Origin: Utricularia gibba
Taxonomy: Eukaryota; Plantae; Magnoliophyta
NCBI GenBank assembly: GCA_002189035.1
Contig: NEEC01000007.1
Coordinates: 2,108,001-2,172,000 of the forward strand
DNA length: 64,000 bases
Direction of reading: 5' to 3'
The position numbers and the translations under genes were made by a program. Each line of letters starts with the position of its first letter. Position 1 is the stretch's first letter. This document shows, in pieces, positions 11,898-29,614 of the stretch. The notes beneath the pieces were generated by a model, which was not told where the DNA came from, ran no database searches, and saw only the letters and a program-made list of their open reading frames with translations.

Positions 11898-13540
11898 TTT
11901 TTAAAAAAAGTATATGTATGCTATGTGATTGGTTCATGTCGAGTCTGGATCCTGGTGTAGACCCAGCCCAAGGAGAAATGTGTGTGATGGGATGAATCGA
12001 GGGCAGCTCTCTCGTACTCACGACTGCTGATAAAAGCAGCAGACTGTGTCAGCACTGCCTTTCTCAACAAATAAAATTGAGTAGCACGTGCGACCGAGCC
12101 TTCCCGGAAGAAGATAACCCATCTGTTCCAAACACAGCGAAGCTTCAATTTTCACCGCGGTTGAGTGTTGTTATGAACTGCAGCGCTGCCTCAGCCTCAG
12201 GTACCTTTCAGCTGGCTGGGGCGGCGCTCCAAGAGCAAAAATGTGTATGTTTAGGCCCATCTGACTTCCACAAGCCAACAAGCATTCCTTGCAAATCCCC
12301 AGAACCGAGTGGAAACCCGCACCCTTTTGCATGACATCCGTGTTCTTCATGTGAAGGATGAAGTCCAGATTTAATGACTTAAAAAAATATTGGAGCATTT
12401 CAAAATTTCTGTGTAGCGTTCAACCTTTTCTGAAAATGCAGAAGGAAACATATATACTTTTTTCAATAATAAAAAAAAGAATAAATCCCTCTTTATTTGT
12501 TTATTTTGTTAACAGTTGTGTGGGGCCATTGAGGGGAGGTTTGAAAAGACAGGTCAGATGTCAAGTCTCAAACTTCAAATCATTAGACTGTCAGTGTGTG
12601 TGTGCTGTCCATCAAATTTGCATCTTTTACCCCTTTTTCTCCCCCACAACCCCAAAAAGACTACTTTTGGTGCTATTAATCACTGTTAAGAGACGCAGGG
12701 ATGATTTCTTTTCTTTCCAGGCTTTAATTCTTATCAAATTGCAAGGAGATAAAACCCTAGTTTCCTTTTTATAACCCTTTCCCAAAGTTTTTAACCCATG
12801 GTAAAAATGCAATAGGACGCGAACAGGGGCGGTGGTCAATGGTCAACGTTCCTCAGGTGCAAATATACCGCAGGGATTGGCTCTATGACTTATGCAGTAA
12901 AAACGTAACTCTGATCGGTTAAAAAATGTTAGTATAAGAGTCCCACCAGAAAACAAGAAGAAGATGATAACGTGTAAGTGCACGTTAATTGTGATGGTAT
13001 TTTCTATTGATTATTAACTGAAAGTGTACGTGGTTAAATAGAATCACCGTTCTAATCATGTATGAGTTAAGAATGTAAAACGGTAAGTATTTATTGTATA
13101 AAACAAATAATAGATAGGATGGGTCATAAAATAATGGGTCTTGGTTATTACCAAACATTTATTCCTCTTGTTAAATGTAATAAAATTTCATCATAAATTA
13201 GGACCCAAAATGCCAGAGGTAGAATAGATTTTTTTTTTTTTGAAAAAAATATTTACAAACAATTTAATTATCAAATATAAACAATTTTTTAATAAAAAAG
13301 GAGTAGAAAACTAAAAACATTTCTTAGTTTTAGAAAAACCATACTTTTAACTTATTAAAATCGTTTTTCTAATAAGTAATTATATTAATATTTCATTAAT
13401 AAGAAAATAAAAAGCTGAGGAGAAAGGGCACGGCACAGCACACCAACAATCTTCTCCTTTATCACTCAAGGGCGCGACAAAAGCAGCACTGTACTTTCTT
13501 CTTCCTGTCCATTTCCTTCTGTTCTCTTCCAACCCAAAGG

Positions 13541-15010
13541 ATGAGCGCCGAAGACTCACTCAGATCTCTTTCCCTCGATTACCTCAATCTCCTAATCAAC
13601 GGCCACGCCTTCAGCGACGTTACTTTCACAGTTGAGGGCCGCCTCCTCCACGCCCACCGTTGCATCCTGGCGGCGCGTAGCCCCTTCTTCCGAAAGTTCT
13701 TCGCTGGAGAGGAAAAGCGAACCCCCGTCGTGGTGCCTGTGAATTCCGTCGGATACGAAGTGTTTTTGCTGATGCTTCAGTTCTTGTACAGTGGGCAGGT
13801 GTCGATCGTGCCCCAGAAACATGAACCTAGACCCGATTGCAACCAACGGGGCTGCTGGCACACGCATTGCTCCTCTGCCGTTGATCTCGCCCTCGAAACC
13901 CTCGCCGCCGCCAGGTCCTTTGGAGTCGAGCAGCTCGCTTTGCTCACTCAGGTTGTTCCGGGTTTGGGGATTCTTTCCTGATTCATGAGAATAATATGTG
14001 ATTATAATTTCTAGTGGTGAAGATTTCTCCTTTCTTGCAAAAACATGACGTTTTTCGAGTTTGGGATTCGCCCTCTCTACTGTAAGAACATTCCCTTTTT
14101 GGAACCTTGACTGCTCTATTTCATGACTCAGTCCCATCCCATCAATTGTTTCCTTTTTTGGCTCCCTGTGTGGATCTTATTTATATGAAATTGTGCTGCA
14201 GAAACAACTGATGATCATAGTGGAAAAGGCTTCGATCGAGGATGTGATGAAGGTTCTGACTGCATCAAGGAAGTACGAGTTGCACCAACTATGGACCACC
14301 TGCTCCCAATTGGTTGCCAAATCCGGCCTGCCGCCGGAGATTCTTGCTAAGCATCTCCCCATCGAGACGGTGGCGAAAATCGAAGAGCTCCGCCTCAAAT
14401 TCCCGCATTCCGGCCGACCCCTTCTCTCTTCACACCACACCGGAATCGATATAGAGGACCCAAAACTCCGACGGATGCGGCGAGCACTCGATTCCTCCGA
14501 TATTGAGCTCATCAAGCTGATGGTGATGGGCGAAGGGCTGAATCTTGATGCAGCATTGGGGTTACACTACGCGGTTGAGAACTGTACTAGAGAAGTAGTG
14601 AAAGCGTTGCTAGAACTTGGTGCTGCGGATGTCAACTACCGCGCAGCCCCAAGCGGGAAAACCCCGCTTCATCTAGCGGCGGCGATGGTGTCCCGGAGAT
14701 GGTGGCGGTGCTGCTCGACCACCATGCTGATCCCAACAGTCGAACCGTCGACGGGATCACGCCCTTGGATATTCTTAGAACCCTAACTTCCGACTTTCTA
14801 TTTAAAGGTGCAGTTCCGGGGCTGTCACACATTGAGCCCAACAAACTCAGGCTTTGCCTTGAGCTGGTACAGTCGGCGGCGGAGGTGATTTCGAGGGAGG
14901 AAGAGAATGCCGCCGCCGTTTACCCTCTGACGAGAGATGATCAAAGTGGCAGCCGCGCTCCGCAAAGGGTACATGGCTCTTGTTCTTCTATCTACCACCA
15001 CCGGTATTAG
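13541..15010 (+). CDS. BOP: BLADE-ON-PETIOLE (BOP1/2, NPR5/6-like) BTB-ankyrin protein with a 1-nt frameshift at about 14692-14694
   Basis: Exon 1 13541-13951 (SLRSLSLDYLNLLING.AFSDV, PVNSVGYEVF); exon 2 from 14202 (RRMRRALDSSD.ELIKLMVMGEGLNLD, GKTPLH). The conserved C-terminus MVAVLLDHHADPN...LELVQSAA continues in another frame to TAG at 15010. Confidence 0.93.
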
Positions 15011-15528
15011 CCCACGTGCAACTCTTCCTGGTTATAACTTCCCAGCTTCTATTTTTATCATATTGGGAAAAGATTTTTCATGAGCTCCTCCCATTTTGAA
15101 AAAAATCTTTATCAAAATAACCGTAATTAGTGGAAAAAGAGTGTATTATAAAATAAGTTTCTAGAAAATGATAATAAAAATATAATTTATAAATAAGTAA
15201 TATTTAATTCTAATTTTTAATAATTTTGTTTAATAAACATAGAAACATTTTCTGTTCTACAAAACCATTAATTTATATATTTAATAATAATAAAAAAATA
15301 GATGTTGTATAGAATACGACCTAAACAATCATAGATTTTAATTTGCCCATAAACCTAATTCTCTATGTTCAACACTTTATAAACCCTACTTACAAGAACA
15401 ATGATTGGATTTATAATAACAAGACACACTCAAATAATTGACATGCTGTAAACCCTACTTCCACATGCCCTAAACCCGGTTCCGGTTTTACCCGGTCGAG
15501 TCAAGAATAGTGGTTCTATTATCAATTC

Positions 15529-15740
15529 CAATGTTTTAAAACCATGAGTTCAATTCATTATAAATAAGATCGAATCCCAAATTCATTACTAAATAAGTGA
15601 ATTCCCGGTTTGGATGGTTCAATTGTAGTACAAAATTTAGATGATCGAATCGTGATTGAATTACAATTTTTTTGCTCGTATTTTTAAAATGATTTGAGTT
15701 TAATTATGCGGTTACGATCCTAAATGGTTTTTAAAACATG
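15529..15740. mobile_element. Possible degenerate MITE (hAT-like termini)
   Basis: Imperfect terminal inverted repeat: CAATGTTTTAAAACCAT at 15529-15545 and ATGGTTTTTAAAACATG at 15724-15740; non-coding interior; no target-site duplication found. Confidence 0.35.
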
Positions 15741-15924
15741 ACACATGGTTATAATTGTGTGTGATGCACATTCAATTATGGTAACTAATTGAGATGTTAT
15801 TGGGATGGGGCTTAGAAGGGTAGACAGTACACTTGGTGCTGCTCAACAAAACAAAGCTACAATTTTGTAATAATTTATTTATTTTTTTTAGAAAATTATT
15901 ATTATTATTATGTATATGTAAAGT

Positions 15925-16016
15925 TGGCCCATGGGCCACGGAGGTCTAGAGTCTCGAGTTATCGAGAGGCCCACAATGAGCATGGTGGGCCTAATGTGTC
16001 GCTCCATCGGGCCCAT
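15925..16016. promoter_or_regulatory. Site II cluster upstream of INO80
   Basis: GGCCCATGGGCC 15926-15937, AGGCCCAC 15967, GTGGGCCT 15985, GGGCCCAT 16009. Confidence 0.5.
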
Positions 16017-16679
16017 TAAATGTACTTCCCATTGCCATTTTGTTGAATGATTTTTAATTTCATTAATTCCCCTTTTTATTAGTGAAAAGAATTTTTGCTA
16101 ATTTTAAAGGTGAGGGCGGATGCCCTACTGGGTATGGAGAATATATAATAAGATTTAAAAAAATAAGATGATTACATTAATTGTATAATAAATAATTAAA
16201 GACAACTTAATCTGAATTTTAAAATATATATTTAGGTTTATTTGAGAAAAATACGTGCGATTTTAATTACATTAACCATGTGGAATTTTACTGTTGAGTG
16301 AATGATGTGGGAGAAAGGGTAAATTATATTTATAAATAATTGTAAAAAAAAAAGGGAATAAACTAAATTAGGAAATTCACCTGCGCTTCTGTGACGGAGG
16401 ATGAGTTGGGAGACGGCGCACGGTAGCAAAGGGGCTTGCAAGTGGACGTTAGCAAAGACTAATGCCCAACTTCATGATCTATGTCGCCAGGCCTTCTCTT
16501 CTTCTCTTCATCATTCCTCGTCTTCGCGCCCCTTACCGTCTTTCTCTAGGGTTAGGGCTGGCATAATCTGTTTTCTATACCAAAGCCCACAACGTCGACA
16601 GTTCTCCTTCAAGTGTTTTCTCCCCCAATGCTCTCTGTAAAGATATGCTCTTATCGTTCCGCTGTCGACTCTAGAGCTC

Positions 16680-24048
<7,369 letters not shown>

Positions 24049-24652
24049 CTGCACAGAATGAAGAAGCATCTGTGCAGCAGTTCTGGGGGGAAGCAACAGG
24101 GAATTGTATAGTTTTATAGAGATTGTCATGATGTTAGAGCTCTTCTGCCCCTGTAAGCCTGGTGTAACAGAAACTTAACTCATGACTCATTCCCTGATTT
24201 AATTAATTATTATTTTAATTTCAAAACAATTTTTTTTATAATTGGAAATATATAAATATATATTTTTTAATTTCCGGACAAATATTTGGACCCTTTTTGC
24301 TACTTAAAAGCTGTAGACTGTTGTTTGAATGTTCATGTAACACAGTATCAATATTAAGGTAATTAGGACTAATATTTCAATTATCAAAATTCGAGATCTT
24401 ATGATATGTAACTGATTCAGCTTTGGGGTATACATTTTGAAATTTTTTTCTCGATATTACAAATTTATATTTGGAAAATAATTATCTTTATAACGAAATC
24501 AAGTTTCAAAAAATTTGTCATCCACCTATCATTCGGAGTATTTTTAATTTTGAATTGAACATTTTTTACAATAAATTGAATCGGGTTAAACTTATTATGA
24601 TTATATTTTAAAATTTCAAGTAGCCCGCATGTATTCGCAAAAGTAGCACTAA

Positions 24653-24890
24653 GAATCTGATGTCAGTGGCACCCCTATGAATTATATTTACGAGTGTGGC
24701 TGTACTCTGCGGTTGAATTCTTACATGAAACAGGACAACGCCCAATTCTCAACTTTTTCCGCATGAATCTGGTTTGCCATAAACGAGTCTGTGAATCTGA
24801 TCTTAGTGGCATTCCTATGAATTCTGTTTACGAGTATGGCTGTAGTCAGTAGTTGAATTCTTACATGATATAACGGAAAACGCCCAATTC
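24653..24890 (+). repeat. Degenerate direct repeat, two copies of about 96 nt at 140-nt spacing
   Basis: 24653-24748 vs 24793-24890; the first 76 nt align ungapped with 11 mismatches. Confidence 0.85.
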
Positions 24891-24991
24891 CCATCTCAAT
24901 CAGAGGCTGCTGAGATCGCAGCACCCCCACAATTTTGATGTCATCGATGAAAATTTCAGATCCCATCTCCATGTTCGATGAACAAACGTTT

Positions 24992-26739
24992 ATGGCCTCG
25001 GCATTGGCTTGGTTCGCGTCTAGAAAAAAAGGGGTGTTCATTGCTTTTCTCATTGCACTCTGGTACTCAACCAACATTGGTGTTCTCCTTCTCAATAAAT
25101 TTCTCCTCTCCAACTATGGATTTGCTTACCCAATCTTCCTCACAATGTGTCATATGTCGGCTTGTGCTGTTCTCAGCTACATTTCTATCGGTTTCTTGAA
25201 ATTAGTTCCTACCCAGGTGATCAAATCGAGGTCTCAATTTTTTAGAATTGCTACTTTGAGCATTGTGTTTTGTGGGTCTGTCGTGGGTGGCAACATCTCG
25301 CTGAAATATTTGCCGGTTTCGTTCAATCAAGCTGTGGGTGCTACGACTCCTTTTTTCACTGCACTGTTTGCCTATGTGATGACAATGAAGACTGAGGCTT
25401 GGCTTACTTATGCTTGTCTTGTGCCAGTCGTCGGTGGAGTTATAATCGCCAGTGGGGTACGAATATTTTTGTTTCTGAATCTCTCATTTCGTGATTAGAG
25501 ATGGAGATGTTCGAAGATTCTGTTTTTTTATTTTTTCCAAGAAAAAGTCGAACTTTTTAGGATTCGTGATCCTGAAAGGGAAGTCCATGTCTCTCATTTA
25601 AGCTTTTTCTCTTCTGTATATTTTGGAACACCATAAATGTGTTTTCCTTGTGAGAAAAGAACCTCCATTTGGATATAGACCTCAAAGTATTGTCCCACAT
25701 TTCTACTTTGAGCTGAAATAAGCCGGCAACAGAACAAGCACCTTGCATCCGGTTCTATCAGGAGCTCGCTTGTTTGTTCTAGGAAATATATGAATTTGAT
25801 GTGAAAAAGAGATGCGTTTTTTTATTCCCAAGACTGAATATATCAAGTAGTTCTTTTTCATGTGACGTTTTTTAATATTGGTATCAGGGGGAGCCAAGTT
25901 TCCATTTCTATGGGTTCCTTATGTGTGTAAGTGCAACCGCTGCCAGAGCTTTTAAGTCTGTCTTACAGGGAGTTCTCCTCTCCAGTGAAGGGTAATCGCT
26001 TAATTCAGACCCTTCGTGCTTCCCTATCTAAGTTGCTTGTCCATGATAAGGCTTCAACTGGACCTAGTAATCCTGATTAATTGTCTATAAATTTATTGCT
26101 GTTACTCTTCTAGATCTCTTAGTGGTATTTTTTTTCCTGTGCATGATGACTCTTTTGAACCTGTAGGGAGAAGTTGGATTCAATGAACCTGATGCTTTAC
26201 ATGGCCCCAATCGCTGTTCTGGTTCTGCTGCCAACAGCCCTTACAATGGAAGCTGATGCTTTCAGTTACATAGTTTCTATAGGATCCGAAAACAGGATGA
26301 TATGGTTGCTTCTTCTGGTGAATTCCACGATGGCCTATGGAGCAAATTTATGCAACTTTCTGGTGACCAAACACACAAGTGCTCTAACACTTCAGGTAGT
26401 CTTTTTTCTGCCCGCAGTGCTTCCAAAATTTGTTTGTTATTATTGAAACTCATGTTAAAACGAAGCTCAATGTCTTGTGGGGTTTGGATTCAGCTATGGA
26501 CTACTTGTTCTTTGAGGAAGACTGATTAGAGAACCATTCTTCTGATACTGTTTGCTACTCATTTTGTTAACTCCTGCTGAACAAATGTGCAGGTTTTAGG
26601 GAATGCAAAAGGTGCAGTGGCAGTGGTGATCTCGATTCTCATCTTCCGTAACCCTGTGACGTTCATCGGCATCGCCGGTTACACGATGACGGTCATCGGA
26701 GTTGCTGCATATGGAGAATCAAAGAGGAGATACAAATGA
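24992..26739 (+). CDS. Nucleotide-sugar transporter, UUAT1-like (triose-phosphate translocator family)
   Basis: Exons 24992-25456, 25888-25991, 26167-26395, 26593-26739. Motifs [61 protein letters not shown]. In-frame upstream ATGs (24938 onward) are alternative starts. Confidence 0.92.
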
Positions 26740-26774
26740 CAGCTGAGAGCTTCACATATCCAAACAAAGTATAT

Positions 26775-26906
26775 GCATAGAGTGCAGATTTATATGGTAG
26801 ATGATGGTTCCCTTTCTGATAACATTGTTCTTCATACCGTGTTGAATCGTAGATCCGATTTCGGATGGAAAAAAATGATACGCATAGAGTGCAGATTTAT
26901 ATGGTA
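26775..26906 (+). repeat. 25-nt exact direct repeat between convergent genes
   Basis: GCATAGAGTGCAGATTTATATGGTA at 26775-26799 and 26882-26906. Confidence 0.9.
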
Positions 26907-26991
26907 TGTGAATGGCATCAATTCCATTGCATAACGAAATTCTAGAACCTCAAAATGCTATGCACAGATCCAACTACAGGAGACTGTGTTC

Positions 26992-28362
26992 CTACCTGGT
27001 GATATGGGCAACGAATGAATCCATTTCAACACGAGAAGCGCCACCAGCCTGAGTTGCTTGCTGAACGGTAAATGCCATCTTCTCTGCCGTCTTCCTCAGC
27101 TCCATTCCTTCTTCCATTTCCAGCAATCTTTTTACTGTGTTTTCAATGATGTCGGCCTTCACTATCTCATGTCTTCTTCTCCAATCCCTCACAAGAATAC
27201 CCATTTTCAGTACTTTTGTGATGAAAGTAGCGTTCATTGGTTGGTCTGAGTGCATCGGCCAGGCAGCTATCGGGACTCCCATTGTGATGCTTTCCATACA
27301 CGAATTCCATCCACAATGACTCATGAAACCACCTGTCGAGGGATGCTTTAAAATCTCCAGCTGTGGTATCCAATCTCGAACAACCAGTCCCACTCCTTCG
27401 ACTCGTTGTTCGAACAACTCCGGTAATGTTGGCAGTTGCTTCTGTTGATCATCAAAGATATCTGGTTTATCAGCGTCTCTGAGAACCCAGAGGAACTTCA
27501 CCTTGCTCTGTTCCAGTCCATATGCTAACTCCTTGATCTGTTCATCTGATAGCGAGGTAGTTGTTCCAAATGAAACGTAGATGACAGAGTTTGGCTCCTG
27601 CTTATCCAGCCACTCAAGGCACTCGTGCCGAACTGATTCCATCTCGAGTCCGATCATCGGAAATACAGGTCCGACAGCCCAACTCCTTCTCCCCCCGGCT
27701 ATCTCCTCACTTTCTAGTAGCTTCAAGTAAGGCCCTTCTATCGATCTGCAAGCATTATGGATATCCCCTGCTTGTGTGCCCGAAAACTTCTGATGAACAC
27801 CAAGGAACTGTATTACCTCGTCGGATAAACATCCTTCAAGGGCCGGTAAATCAGGATAAATCAATGGGAGTGGTTTCCCAAGCTTGGCCAGAAGGAAGGG
27901 CACTCTGAAGAAAACAGACACACAGTTGAAGACATAGGCTTCTGCATTGTCTACAAAGGCAACATCTTGGACCACAGCAGCCATCATGGAATCATGTACA
28001 ACAACAACTCTAGTGTAAGTTTTCGACATTTCGAGGAGGTAAACTGCAAAGGGCTGCCTCAAACTCAAGGATGCATACCAGCAAGGGAGAAACTGGGAAG
28101 CGAAGGTGTTGCCGGAAGCAGCATCTGGGGCAGGGGATTCGAACTCCGGCAGTGGCATATCATGGAAATGAACTTGTTTCGACACGATCGCATCGACACG
28201 GGATCTCGCCTGCCGGCTGTGGATGCCGGAGGCGACATAGTGAACCGGCAAGGAGTAGGAAGAAGCTATGAGGCATGAGAATTGGAGCAGCTGGTTGAGG
28301 TGACTTTGTGCCGGGAATGGAACAGTGAGCACCACCACAGGGGACTTGTTCTTAGTGGCCAT
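26992..28362 (-). CDS. UDP-glucosyltransferase #1, group O / zeatin O-glucosyltransferase-like, intronless
   Basis: 456 aa from MATKNKSP; PFPAQSHLNQLL and PSPG box WIPQLEIL...HCGWNSCMES...WPMHSDQ; TATA-like TTTATAAAT about 40 nt upstream. Confidence 0.92.
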   Translation of the reverse strand: MATKNKSPVVVLTVPFPAQSHLNQLLQFSCLIASSYSLPVHYVASGIHSRQARSRVDAIVSKQVHFHDMPLPEFESPAPDAASGNTFASQFLPCWYASLSLRQPFAVYLLEMSKTYTRVVVVHDSMMAAVVQDVAFVDNAEAYVFNCVSVFFRVPFLLAKLGKPLPLIYPDLPALEGCLSDEVIQFLGVHQKFSGTQAGDIHNACRSIEGPYLKLLESEEIAGGRRSWAVGPVFPMIGLEMESVRHECLEWLDKQEPNSVIYVSFGTTTSLSDEQIKELAYGLEQSKVKFLWVLRDADKPDIFDDQQKQLPTLPELFEQRVEGVGLVVRDWIPQLEILKHPSTGGFMSHCGWNSCMESITMGVPIAAWPMHSDQPMNATFITKVLKMGILVRDWRRRHEIVKADIIENTVKRLLEMEEGMELRKTAEKMAFTVQQATQAGGASRVEMDSFVAHITR

Positions 28363-29614
28363 TGTGATCACAAGTTGAATTGGTCCAAAGGAGGAATATT
28401 TATAAACTCGAGGGCCACTCTGCAATTTACGGAAACTGCGGTGTCCGGGAGGATATGTACTTGGAAGAGACACGTTGGGTGGGGAATGGGTGGGTGGCCA
28501 GTGTGTGGATATTCCAAAGTTTTATGCTGTGGCCAACGTGGGACACGGCGACACCGCAATGCGACTCGCGTAAAGCGACGTACTTAGGATCAAGGGGTAA
28601 ATTAGTAAATCAATTAAGTATTTAATTTTTTGATCATGGATTGATTTTAAATATTTGCAATTATTATTATTATTATTCTATAATTTTATTGCGAAACTCA
28701 TCACGCACACACATGACATATATTAATTGTAAAATATTTTTTGTAAAATTATTATTCAATTAAACTCAATTACAACATGTTACATAGCGAATACCTTTTA
28801 TATTTCATATATAGGTAAATATTAATGAATTAAAATCATTATTTGATTTAGTTATTAATTTGAATTGAATTCAATAATTATATTTTAAAAATAAAATTAT
28901 TATTATTTAAATGAATTGAATGTATTTTTCGGTTTGACTGTGTTTAAAGTAAACTAACATTTAATTGAAATCCAAAAAAACAAAAATATCTTCCTTGTCT
29001 ATTTATATCTCTTTCGAAGAAGAAAATCACGCCACGGCCTCCCAACCTTTCCCTTTCTGACAATAATTTCCTTTTTTTCTTTTTTTCATTTAAAAATATT
29101 GAAACCGAAAAAGGACGTGAATTAGCTAGAAATCAAGAAAGCAAATGATATTTTTGGTGATGATATTTCACGTATAAATTAATAATATAATTAGGGGCCA
29201 TGTGGAGTGCGTTTATTGGCGAGTTTGAACAGAAAGATTCCGTGAATCTTTCCGACAGATACGAAGGAAAAGAAATCGTTTCTCGTAGTATAAAAGAGGA
29301 AGGCAGCTTCTATTTCTGCGTACGTGTTATGCATCCCTATGCCCATACTCTGACCTTTTACAGCTGGAGTGATGGCTCCGGATTCTGATACGTGGAGACT
29401 TCGCGGACGGACACGGGGGCACGGCAGCTTTGACGTACTAGTCATGGTCCACGGAAAGATGACCCCATAAGATATTTTCGATTCAACGTACGTAGAAGCA
29501 TATGGTAAGCAAATATCCATGTTATTACAGCATCAGTGAAGGCAAGAGGAGTTGTAAAGGAGGCTTTGTTGTGAATCTGCAGTTCCCAGTGTAATCATGG
29601 GGTGAGTGCTGGAT

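Noticed and set aside
12050-12066. Partial resemblance to miR408 (GCACTGCCT)
   Set aside because: Only about 9 nt match and there is no 21-nt miRNA/miRNA* duplex.
11791-12100. Telomerase RNA gene, suggested by a USE-like motif, TATA and telomeric repeats
   Set aside because: The C-rich template would be on the - strand while the USE/TATA face +. T-runs would stop Pol III early on either strand, and no - strand USE was found.
29200-29460. S-protein-homologue-like peptide (GSFYFCVR...HGSFDV)
   Set aside because: No signal peptide, no conserved Cys pattern, and a frameshift is needed; similarity is too weak.
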